Shown here: one piece after another, positions 8,902 through 16,434 of the stretch
Layout of the letters: the number at the start of each line of letters is the position of its first letter
How positions within the stretch are numbered: position 1 is the stretch's first letter
Assembly: GCA_015066175.1 (NCBI GenBank)
Contig: SVOW01000013.1
Coordinates: forward strand, 38,562-102,561
DNA length: 64,000 nucleotides
Source: Oscillospiraceae bacterium
GTDB lineage: Bacteria; Bacillota; Clostridia; Oscillospirales; Acutalibacteraceae
Direction of reading: 5' to 3'
Made by a program: the position numbers and the translations under genes
Notes under the pieces: generated by a model
Told to the model about the DNA's origin: nothing
The model's input: the letters and a program-made list of their open reading frames with translations, nothing else
Database searches by the model: none

Positions 8902-10545
8902 ATGGCGAGAGTGTCTAAAAAAAGCGAGCGTAATAAACACTTATTTTATTTAATTCCTTCTGCTTTAATACTTTTTTTTATCTTGTTAATTCAAATCGCT
9001 TACTTTATTTTTGATTTAATTGTATCCTTAAAATTGATTGATACTATAAACGAAAATAATTTTACTGATGAAACATTTAATTTGATTAAAGAATTCTTAT
9101 CTTCTTTTGACAACCAACACATAACACTTGGTCTTGAAATAGTAGGAATAGCAATAAGCGTTTGGATAGGTCTGAATATTTATAACATCATAAAAAGGGA
9201 CAGTATAACAGACCTCATTTCAAGAACTGAAAAAGCTGAAAATACGCTAACCGAGTTTCACAAAGATTATATAGCATTCAATTTGATTTCGTTGGAAAAT
9301 GCAATAGTAAAAGAAGATAGAATCAATTTTTGTTTTCTTGAAAAATTCAAAAAATTTGATATTGAAATCCTTAGTTACAAAATAACAAAATACATAGTTT
9401 TAATAGAAAAAACCTTACAAAACATAATTGAATTGTACAACGCCGGCGAATATGTTAACATGGAATTGTATTTAAACGAATACAATAACGAACTCAAAGA
9501 AATTGAAACAACTTTGAAGCAATTACACATTAAAGATTCTAATGATTTAAAAATAATCGAAGGTTACATTAAATGTAGGATCGCTGATCTTTACTATTAT
9601 ACAGGTTTAAAGGAATATAAAACACACGAAAGTGAACGTGCTAAGAGATCTTTTAAAATTGCTGAAGAATATTACAAAAAAACCGGCTCAGTTCAATTCG
9701 ATGATAACGATAGCAAGCAAATTTTAAAAAGTTATGTTAATAATACATGCTCATATATAAATCATATTCTGTTTTTAATTGCCAGAAAAAATAAACTTGA
9801 TTTGGATGAAATAAACAAATTTATCGACAACGCATACAAGTACAGCAAAGACGCATGTAGCGATTTAGCTAATACACCTATCAAAACTGGTTATGCCAGA
9901 GACCATCGTAATTATGGTGTCAACAACGAACACTATGTTGAAAAAGAATACTGCCAAAACAAAGAAGCATGGATAAGCGGTATGTTCAATTCTCTCAATC
10001 AGTATATAATTGCACACAGTATTGACCCAAAAGACGTCAGTACACTGACATCCATTACCTCGTGTTCCTTAAAAATTTTCGATAGAATTATTAAGATCAG
10101 CTCTGCAGATTACAACGGTTGCAAAACAATTTTACAAGATAAAAAAACTATATCTTTAAATTTAACTTCCTTCAACTATGATAAATATATATTGACTTCT
10201 TTTAAACAAATTATTAATAAAGCATACAATTTCATAACAGCATCCCAAATAAACGAACCGTTCAACATTAGTACACATTATCATGCCATTCATGTTTTTA
10301 TGTATTTATACCTAACTGCAGATTCTGATGATGAATCAGAATATTATAAGCAAAAAGGACTTGACGAAATTAACATTTGCAATGCCATTTCATCTTGTAT
10401 AGGAAACGCCCCTGAAGCATTTCTCTATAAAGCGAGAAATTTTTATTGTGCCATTAATGACACAAATAAATCTGATTATTACAATTCCAAAATTAAGAAT
10501 GACACACCTTCTACCGAACAAAATCCAAAAAACTATAAACCTTGA
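8902..10545 (+). CDS. Orphan membrane-anchored helical-repeat protein (547 aa), function unknown
   Basis: ORF 8878..10545. ATG 8902 lies 8 nt after GAGGT. There are two hydrophobic segments (LFYLIPSALILFFILLIQIAYFIFDLIV and LGLEIVGIAISVWIGLNIY). The remaining ~440 aa are Lys/Asn/Tyr-rich and look alpha-helical. I see no nucleotide-binding or catalytic motif. Confidence 0.7.
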   Translation: MARVSKKSERNKHLFYLIPSALILFFILLIQIAYFIFDLIVSLKLIDTINENNFTDETFNLIKEFLSSFDNQHITLGLEIVGIAISVWIGLNIYNIIKRDSITDLISRTEKAENTLTEFHKDYIAFNLISLENAIVKEDRINFCFLEKFKKFDIEILSYKITKYIVLIEKTLQNIIELYNAGEYVNMELYLNEYNNELKEIETTLKQLHIKDSNDLKIIEGYIKCRIADLYYYTGLKEYKTHESERAKRSFKIAEEYYKKTGSVQFDDNDSKQILKSYVNNTCSYINHILFLIARKNKLDLDEINKFIDNAYKYSKDACSDLANTPIKTGYARDHRNYGVNNEHYVEKEYCQNKEAWISGMFNSLNQYIIAHSIDPKDVSTLTSITSCSLKIFDRIIKISSADYNGCKTILQDKKTISLNLTSFNYDKYILTSFKQIINKAYNFITASQINEPFNISTHYHAIHVFMYLYLTADSDDESEYYKQKGLDEINICNAISSCIGNAPEAFLYKARNFYCAINDTNKSDYYNSKIKNDTPSTEQNPKNYKP

Positions 10546-10627
10546 TATTACGGGGTTTGTGTTTCTTTGTTTAATTGGTTTTTCTATTTAAGACAAAGAA
10601 CGCAAATCAGAATAAACGCAGAAAAAT

Positions 10628-10654
10628 CCCTACCTCAGTTTGAGTGAGGTAGGG
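10628..10654. terminator. Bidirectional intrinsic terminator between convergent genes
   Basis: CCCTACCTCA gtttgag TGAGGTAGGG, flanked by A-runs and T-runs. Confidence 0.7.
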
Positions 10655-10659
10655 AAAAA

Positions 10660-11079
10660 TTATTCATTAATAATCTGCGGTGGAGTAATTATAGGAATAC
10701 CTCTTCCGATTTGAGCAGAAATTTCAGATATTATCAACGATATCTTCGCCATACATGTACCAAAAAACAAATCTTTGTTTTCTTTAGCAATTGCTAATAA
10801 TTCATCATTTGTTATAAAAGAGTCTTCTTCGTATCTTGATTTAAACCATAGCTTAATATCAAAAGAAACGAATATGCTAAAAATAACATTATTTGGAGAT
10901 TTAACCATACGTTCTACAGAGAGTAAAATACCATTTGTGTTTATTTCTTTGATATCAATTTTATCTTCATAATCAAGTTCAGCTTGTTCAGGATAATTTC
11001 TATAATCATTAGCAAGATATTCAACTTTTGTAAGAATTACTTCTTGTTCTTCTTTTAAATTATTAATAATTTCAACCAT
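10660..11079 (-). CDS. SecB-like chaperone candidate; third gene of the hicAB module
   Basis: ATG 11079 follows the RBS AAAGGAG, which overlaps the hicB stop. The C-terminal FFGTCMAKISLIISEISAQIGRGIPIITPP resembles the SecB segment LFPYARExIxxxVxRGxFPxLxLxPxNF. The upstream part looks like beta strands (VIFSIFVSFDIKLWFKS). The assignment rests on weak similarity plus context. Confidence 0.45.
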   Translation of the reverse strand: MVEIINNLKEEQEVILTKVEYLANDYRNYPEQAELDYEDKIDIKEINTNGILLSVERMVKSPNNVIFSIFVSFDIKLWFKSRYEEDSFITNDELLAIAKENKDLFFGTCMAKISLIISEISAQIGRGIPIITPPQIINE

Positions 11080-11092
11080 AATTGATTCTCCT

Positions 11093-11560
11093 TTATTTGT
11101 TTTCAAGACTAACCTGAAAACCTTTAAACATATAGTCCGATATAAAATTATTATTTAGTGATTGAATAGAATCAGCCAATGTATTAAGACTCTTAGAAAT
11201 AATAGCATGTTCCTGAGAAAGAGCATTTAAATCTAATGCTGCTATAATAGCTTGTTCAACAAATTGATTCAGTGTCATGTTTTGTTTAGCTGCGTCAATA
11301 GCGATTCTCTTATGATTCTCTGGCGAAATCCGCACATTAAATGACCCTTTAAAAGGTTTATCTGGGTTTTTACCATTAGCTTTACAAAACTCCAAATAAT
11401 CGTCAACGGCTTCTTGGAAAGCGACATTTAAATCTTGTAAATTATCAGCCTCAAATGTAACCAAATCGTTTATATGAAGTATTTTTCCGAATATTACACC
11501 ATCCTCAACACTTACTTCAGAACTACCATAATATCCATTGTATTCCAAAATATTACTCAT
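11093..11560 (-). CDS. hicB: HicB-family antitoxin with an RHH domain and a ~40-aa C-terminal extension
   Basis: The N-terminal fold is YNGYYGSSEVSVEDGVIFGKILHINDLVTFEADNLQDLNVAFQEAVDDYLEFC. The RHH domain is FKGSFNVRISPENHKRIAIDAAKQNMTLNQFVEQAI. An extra tail follows: SQEHAIISKSLNTLADSIQSLNNNFISDYMFKGFQVSLENK. The gene overlaps hicA by 4 nt. Confidence 0.85.
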   Translation of the reverse strand: MSNILEYNGYYGSSEVSVEDGVIFGKILHINDLVTFEADNLQDLNVAFQEAVDDYLEFCKANGKNPDKPFKGSFNVRISPENHKRIAIDAAKQNMTLNQFVEQAIIAALDLNALSQEHAIISKSLNTLADSIQSLNNNFISDYMFKGFQVSLENK

Positions 11561-11808
11561 ATTAATTCCCCCTCTTTAAGTTTTTCTTTTACCATTTTTA
11601 AAACGTATTGTTTGACGATGTTTTCAGGATGTGGTTTATGCAAACTTATAACATCGTCAAGTTCATTATTATAAAATTTTACCCTTGAACCATTTCCGCT
11701 GGTATCCTCTGTATAGCCAAAGTATGCCAACAAAGTTCTTAGTTCGTCATAAGTAAAATCTTTTGGCCTTCTACAAAAACGTTCAATTAACTTATCTTTT
11801 TGACTCAT
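11557..11808 (-). CDS. hicA: HicA-family mRNA interferase toxin
   Basis: Reads MSQKDKLIERFCRRPKDFTYDELRTLLAYFGY...GNGSRVKFY...SLHKPHP (YcfA/HicA pattern). The ORF-track start at 11835 is TTG. ATG 11808 is preferred. Confidence 0.8.
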   Translation of the reverse strand: MSQKDKLIERFCRRPKDFTYDELRTLLAYFGYTEDTSGNGSRVKFYNNELDDVISLHKPHPENIVKQYVLKMVKEKLKEGELI

Positions 11809-11850
11809 ACTCTTTTTACAGCACCGCCTTTGCAACTAACTTACAGTTGC

Positions 11851-11879
11851 ATTATAACTCGTAAATTAATTTTTGTCAA
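11851..11879 (-). promoter_or_regulatory. Consensus promoter for the hicA-hicB-secB-like operon
   Basis: Minus strand reads TTGACA, a 17-nt spacer, then TATAAT. Confidence 0.6.
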
Positions 11880-12134
11880 TATGGTGTGTGTAAAAATGTC
11901 AAATTTTAATAAAATATAAATATCTGTAAGCTATATTTTTATTATTACGCGCTTACGTGAAAATATAGAATTAAATTTCTATTCATTTAACATTTTACAG
12001 AACATTTGTTCTGTTGTCAACGTAAATTATGCCTATGAAAAAGTAAAGTCCCCTTATATGGACTTTTGTCACATAAGGGGGTAAATTATTTAATAATAGA
12101 TTATATTACTTATTGTAGTTAAAAAATTATTGAT

Positions 12135-12233
12135 ATATTGGTTTTTTATTGGTTTTTTGATTGCACGAAAAAAGAAAACCCCGGAAACCATAAGGTTTTC
12201 GGGGTAATTTGATGCAAGGAAATTATCTCTTTG
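12135..12233 (+). repeat. att-type direct repeat, copy 2; overlaps the last 11 nt of rpsI including the stop
   Basis: See 8553-8652. The rpsI stop codon lies at 12223-12225, inside the repeat. Confidence 0.85.
12167..12204 (-). terminator. rpsI intrinsic terminator (inside the att repeat)
   Basis: Minus strand reads CCCCGAAAACC ttat GGTTTCCGGGG followed by TTTTCTTTTTT. Confidence 0.8.
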
Positions 12234-12621
12234 AGAACTGGGGAGCACGACGTGCGCCTTTGAGACCATATTTCTTTCTTTCCTTCATTCTCGGGTCACG
12301 AGTGAGGAAGCCTGCTTTCTTAAGTGATGTTCTGAGTGATTCATCATACTGAAGAAGAGCTCTTGAAAGACCATGACGGATAGCACCAGCCTGACCTGTT
12401 ACGCCACCACCGTTTACACGGCAAACGATGTCAAACTTTTCTGTTGTGCCTGTAAGAGCGAGAGGCTGACGAACGATAAGTTTGAGTGTTTCAAGACCGA
12501 AATAATCGTCGATATCTCTGTCGTTGATTGTGATTTTACCTGTTCCTGCATAAACACGAACTCTTGCTACTGATTTCTTTCTACGGCCTGTACCATAGAA
12601 GTAAGGACTTGTTTCGTACAT
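12223..12621 (-). CDS. rpsI: 30S ribosomal protein S9
   Basis: [17 protein letters not shown]...[19 protein letters not shown]...[18 protein letters not shown]. Confidence 0.97.
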   Translation of the reverse strand: MYETSPYFYGTGRRKKSVARVRVYAGTGKITINDRDIDDYFGLETLKLIVRQPLALTGTTEKFDIVCRVNGGGVTGQAGAIRHGLSRALLQYDESLRTSLKKAGFLTRDPRMKERKKYGLKGARRAPQFSKR

Positions 12622-12640
12622 CTTAAATTACCTCCCTTTC

Positions 12641-13069
12641 TTAAAATTCCCAAGCTGTGGGCTGCTGAGCAGCATGCTTGTGTTCTGCGCCTTTGAATAC
12701 GCGGAGTCTTGTGAGAGCCTGACGGCCGATTACTGTTGAGGGAATCATACCTTTAACAGCAAGTTCAACTGCGAATTCAGGTTTTGTTTTCATAAGTGTG
12801 CTGTACTTAACTTTCTTCATGTTACCGATGTAACCTGTGTGATGATAGTACATTTTCTGGTTAAGTTTGTTGCCTGTGAGAACAACTTTTTCTGCATTGA
12901 TAATGATAACGTGGTCACCGCAATCCATGTGGGGTGCGAATGTGGGTTTGTGTTTGCCTCTGAGAAGTTTTGCAGCCTCAACAGCAACGCTACCGAGGGT
13001 TTTACCTTCTGCATCAATCACATACCACTTACGGCTGATTTCTGCCGCTTTAGGCATATAAGTTGACAT
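12641..13069 (-). CDS. rplM: 50S ribosomal protein L13
   Basis: RKWYVIDAEGKTLG...LLRGKHKPTFAPHMDCGDHVIIINAEK...YYHHTGYIG. Confidence 0.97.
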   Translation of the reverse strand: MSTYMPKAAEISRKWYVIDAEGKTLGSVAVEAAKLLRGKHKPTFAPHMDCGDHVIIINAEKVVLTGNKLNQKMYYHHTGYIGNMKKVKYSTLMKTKPEFAVELAVKGMIPSTVIGRQALTRLRVFKGAEHKHAAQQPTAWEF

Positions 13070-13155
13070 AATCTTTTCCTCCCGATTAATACTGAATTTT
13101 ATTTTTCTGAGTTTTCAGGGGATAACGGGTGCCCCCGCAACTCACGTACTCGAAT

Positions 13156-13184
13156 ATATTATCACAAGGTTAATTTTTTGTCAA
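13156..13184 (-). promoter_or_regulatory. rplM-rpsI promoter
   Basis: Minus strand reads TTGACA, a 17-nt spacer, then TAATAT. About 85 nt of leader precede the RBS GGGAGGAAAAG. Confidence 0.55.
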
Positions 13185-13290
13185 TACCTTTTTTAAAGTT
13201 TTTTAATTTAACATTTGCAATCTCGTTTTTGCTCGTTTTTTCTCGTTTTTTCTCCGTTTTGCTCATTTATGATTTTTAAAAATTTTTACA

Positions 13291-13318
13291 AAAAATCAGG
13301 AGGGGTGTTCTCCCCTCC
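13291..13318 (-). terminator. Terminator downstream of the M28 peptidase gene
   Basis: GGAGGGG/CCCCTCC hairpin followed by a T-run on the minus strand. Confidence 0.65.
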
Positions 13319-13333
13319 CCGAATTTTAATAAA

Positions 13334-14575
13334 TCAGTCCATTTTCCCGTTATCAAACATCTCAAGAGCCTTTACACTTGCAGCAAAACAGTTGCCCAGA
13401 CCTTCTTTGTTCATATTGTCGTAAGAGTCAAGTCTTGTGTGATAATAACGCTCAATCTTATGATTAAGGCCTGTGATACCTGCTGCTCTGTAGCCTGCCT
13501 GAGTGAATGCTGCTGAATCGCATGCACCACCAAAAGGCGGCACCCAGCCTTTTTTGCAGGGCACGTCAATTTCTGTTGCAGCCTGAATGAAGAAATCGCA
13601 AAGTTCTTTATCTGCTTTTACTGTGCCGTTTAAATCGCGGTAGTTTGCCATAAGGAATTTAGGGTCATAGATTGTATCATATGCATAGAAAATTGTGGGC
13701 ACATCTTTAAATTCGCCCTCGTGCATTTCGCACCATGCTTTTGAGCCACGAAGACCGCATTCTTCTGAGCCTGTGAGAATAACTGCGATTTCTGTGTTTT
13801 CAAGTTCAACGCCCTCATCTTTGAGTGCTTTGAGAATTGAAATGCCCATATAACAGCCTGAAAGGTTATCGTTTGCACCGTCAACAACTCTGCGATAATT
13901 TACAATGAAATAAAGCCCTATTGTGAAAGGAACAAAAATAAGCCCCCACAAACCAACTTTAACAACGATGTCGCTTGTGTCAGCCACGCCGAAGCCGATG
14001 CCGTTTTTGATAATATACCAGATTGAAATCACAGCATAGAAAAGTGCTGCAACCACAACGGAAACCATATGACCTTCAAAACATACTCCGCCGAAAGCGT
14101 AGTTTACGGGCCATTCCCACACGGCGTCAGGGTGACCGTTGAAAACGATTCTTCTTTTTGTTTCGCCTTTACATTTTTTGATTGCCGTTACGTTGTGGCT
14201 TGTTTTTTCTTTGAAGAAACGGTCAAGCACTTTTTTGTAAACGCCGAATTCGAGAATAACTGCAGCAAAGGCAGCAATTACGAAAACTATTGACAAAGCA
14301 GGGAAGAAGAAAAACGAAAGTATTGCTGCAAGAACAAATGATGCACTGAAAAATGCCCAACCATAAAATGCTACGGGATGAACTTTGAAAGATTCAACTT
14401 TCACTTCATCGCAGCCACAGTCTTTTTCAAGCACTTCTGCCATATATTCGCAGGCATCTTTTTCGCCCTTTGAGCCGGGGTCTCTTCTTTCAAAAGTTTT
14501 TATGATATGAGTGATTTCATCAACCATATAGTCTGATGCCCACTCTTTTTTGTTAATGATTTTACTGAGATTCAT
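13334..14575 (-). CDS. M28-family metallopeptidase with internal transmembrane segments
   Basis: Motifs are FNGHPDAVWEWP, NDNLSGCYMGISILKAL and LTGSEECGLRGSKAW. ATG 14575 follows AGGTGA. The ORF-track start is 14623. Confidence 0.75.
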   Translation of the reverse strand: MNLSKIINKKEWASDYMVDEITHIIKTFERRDPGSKGEKDACEYMAEVLEKDCGCDEVKVESFKVHPVAFYGWAFFSASFVLAAILSFFFFPALSIVFVIAAFAAVILEFGVYKKVLDRFFKEKTSHNVTAIKKCKGETKRRIVFNGHPDAVWEWPVNYAFGGVCFEGHMVSVVVAALFYAVISIWYIIKNGIGFGVADTSDIVVKVGLWGLIFVPFTIGLYFIVNYRRVVDGANDNLSGCYMGISILKALKDEGVELENTEIAVILTGSEECGLRGSKAWCEMHEGEFKDVPTIFYAYDTIYDPKFLMANYRDLNGTVKADKELCDFFIQAATEIDVPCKKGWVPPFGGACDSAAFTQAGYRAAGITGLNHKIERYYHTRLDSYDNMNKEGLGNCFAASVKALEMFDNGKMD

Positions 14576-14641
14576 TTTTTTCACCTGAAAATCAGGATGA
14601 GCAAACCCAACAGATTTGCTCATCCTGTTGATTTAAAATTT

Positions 14642-15685
14642 TTATCTGTTAACCCAGAATCTCGGCTCATCGCCGTCAAAGAATTTGTATGCTTCCTTGA
14701 GCATCATTGCAGGAGAATCTGAATAAGAGTTGATTGTATCACCACCGCGGTGGTTTGTAAGAGTTACATTATCAAGACCTAAAAGAGGACAAGTTTCGTC
14801 AATAGGCTCTTTATCGAAAACGTCAATTGCTGCACCCATAATGCTGCCTGTTCTGAGGGCATTTGCAAGTGCGTTGTAGTCAACCATGTATGAACGTGCT
14901 GTGTTGATGAAATATGCTGTGTCTTTCATCATGCCGAATTCACGTGCACCAAGGAGAATTGATTTCTTTGAAAGTCTTGCGTGAAGTGACACAATATCAC
15001 TTTCACGGAGAAGTTCATTAAGAGGAACAAATTTTGCGATATTCTTGTTGATGCCTGAATAATTTTCAAACATATCGTTGATGAGAATTTTGCAGTTGAA
15101 ACTGACAAGCTTATCATAAAGAAGTCTGCCTACAGTTCCGAAGCCGATAATACCAACTGTCATATCGCTCATTTCTCTGATTTTCTTTTCAGTGTTGGGA
15201 TATTTTTCTCTCCACTGTCCGTTCTGGATTGCCATTGCTGAACGTGAAATATTTCTCACTTCGTTGAGCATAAGGCCAACTGTATATTCTGCCACAGCGT
15301 TTGCATTATGTGCAGGGTTGAGAAGAACAGCAATCCCCTTTTCAGATGCAGCCTTGATATCAAGGTTTTCGTGACCGCCTCTGTTGCAGAGAATAAGTTT
15401 GAGATTTTTTGCTTTTTCAAGAAGAGTTTTAGTTACAGGGCAAAGGTGCACCATAAGGATTTCTGCATCTTCAATTGCTTCTTCAAGTCCTTCGGGGAGA
15501 GCAAGTGTTTCAAAGCCACCTGTTTCGATTATTTTAACAACATTTCTCATTTCGTGCCTGTCGTGTGAGCCGAAATAGAAATGTTTTACATCAAGCATTA
15601 AATCTTCATAACCTCTTTCGAGGCCTGCTTTCATCATTTCAGAAGTGATGAAAATATCGCCTACTGCTACGCACTTTTTAACCAT
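14642..15685 (-). CDS. D-isomer-specific 2-hydroxyacid dehydrogenase family, NAD-binding
   Basis: Rossmann motif VGIIGFGTVGRLL. Also SLHARL, AAIDVF..EP and LTNHRGG (catalytic R/E/H pattern). Confidence 0.8.
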   Translation of the reverse strand: MVKKCVAVGDIFITSEMMKAGLERGYEDLMLDVKHFYFGSHDRHEMRNVVKIIETGGFETLALPEGLEEAIEDAEILMVHLCPVTKTLLEKAKNLKLILCNRGGHENLDIKAASEKGIAVLLNPAHNANAVAEYTVGLMLNEVRNISRSAMAIQNGQWREKYPNTEKKIREMSDMTVGIIGFGTVGRLLYDKLVSFNCKILINDMFENYSGINKNIAKFVPLNELLRESDIVSLHARLSKKSILLGAREFGMMKDTAYFINTARSYMVDYNALANALRTGSIMGAAIDVFDKEPIDETCPLLGLDNVTLTNHRGGDTINSYSDSPAMMLKEAYKFFDGDEPRFWVNR

Positions 15686-15698
15686 AAACTAAACCTCC

Positions 15699-16415
15699 TT
15701 ACTTAATCTGTCCGTCTTGAATCATCATATTGCCGAGAAGCATATCAAATTCAGTTGTGATTTTGAAATTAGTTCTTTCACCTTTAACGATACCAACGCT
15801 CAAATCGTGCTCGAGATACATTCTGCCCGCTTCCATATAAGCGTCAATTTCTTCCTGAGTGAGTTTTTCGTAAAGGTCGTCAAACTGCTTAATTCTAAAA
15901 GTCTGGGGACCCTGATCAAGAAAAACTGTGTCACGGTTGGGAACAACTGTGCTCTGCTTGCCGTCTTCGGCAATAAGAACGGTGTCGATTGTGGGAACAG
16001 AAGTTGTTACCATATCATATTCTTTTGCGATTATGTAGTTATCGTTGATAATTCTTGAAGAAACGAAAGGTCTTGCACAGTCGTGAATGAGCATCATATC
16101 GTCTTGTGTAAGCTCTTCGCCTGCCAATTCAATGCTTTTCTTTACAATGTTTACCATTGAAAGGAATCTTGATGTGCCGCCGTGAATGATTTCAACACGT
16201 GAAGTGTCAATTTTATATTCTTCAAGCATATTTCTGCAATAATCTTCCCACTGGGGGTTCATTGCAAGAATAACTTTATCAATACATTCTTCTTTAAGAA
16301 ATGTATTGAGAGTTCTTATAATAATTGGTGTGTCACCGATTTTGAGGAACTGCTTGGGAACGGAACTTTCCATTCTTGAGCCGATGCCTCCTGCAAGGAT
16401 ACCTGCAAAATTCAT
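15699..16415 (-). CDS. IspD/TarI-family cytidylyltransferase (sugar-alcohol-phosphate type)
   Basis: N-terminal AGILAGGIGSRMESSVPKQFLKIGDTPII. The length and overall pattern match the IspD/TarI family. Confidence 0.8.
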   Translation of the reverse strand: MNFAGILAGGIGSRMESSVPKQFLKIGDTPIIIRTLNTFLKEECIDKVILAMNPQWEDYCRNMLEEYKIDTSRVEIIHGGTSRFLSMVNIVKKSIELAGEELTQDDMMLIHDCARPFVSSRIINDNYIIAKEYDMVTTSVPTIDTVLIAEDGKQSTVVPNRDTVFLDQGPQTFRIKQFDDLYEKLTQEEIDAYMEAGRMYLEHDLSVGIVKGERTNFKITTEFDMLLGNMMIQDGQIK

Positions 16416-16434
16416 TTTAATCAGCCTTCCTTTT

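Larger units (their letters stand above)
8653..12233 (+). mobile_element. Integrase-less island or satellite element bounded by the two att-type repeats
   Basis: Lies between repeat copies 8553-8652 and 12135-12233. It carries four genes and no recombinase. It is very AT-rich. A 15-bp-arm perfect palindrome (8661-8692) sits at its left edge. Confidence 0.6.

Noticed and set aside
10560-10660. Possible third att-like copy. It has an ATTGGTTTTT motif at about 10585, a terminator hairpin, and a gene end (TTATTCATTAATAATCTG) faintly resembling the rpsI end.
   Set aside because: Only short, scattered matches exist. It cannot be aligned convincingly to the 100-bp repeat.
13070-13155. Possible ribosomal-protein L13 leader (autoregulatory RNA) upstream of rplM.
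   Set aside because: The ~85-nt leader has some pairing potential (GGGGGCACCC, GGGGATAAC), but I cannot match it by eye to the known L13 leader structure. It needs a covariance-model search.
13221-13265. Mini tandem repeat CTCGTTTTT(T), about 4 copies.
   Set aside because: It is a short low-complexity T-rich tract in an intergenic spacer, with no further structure or partner.
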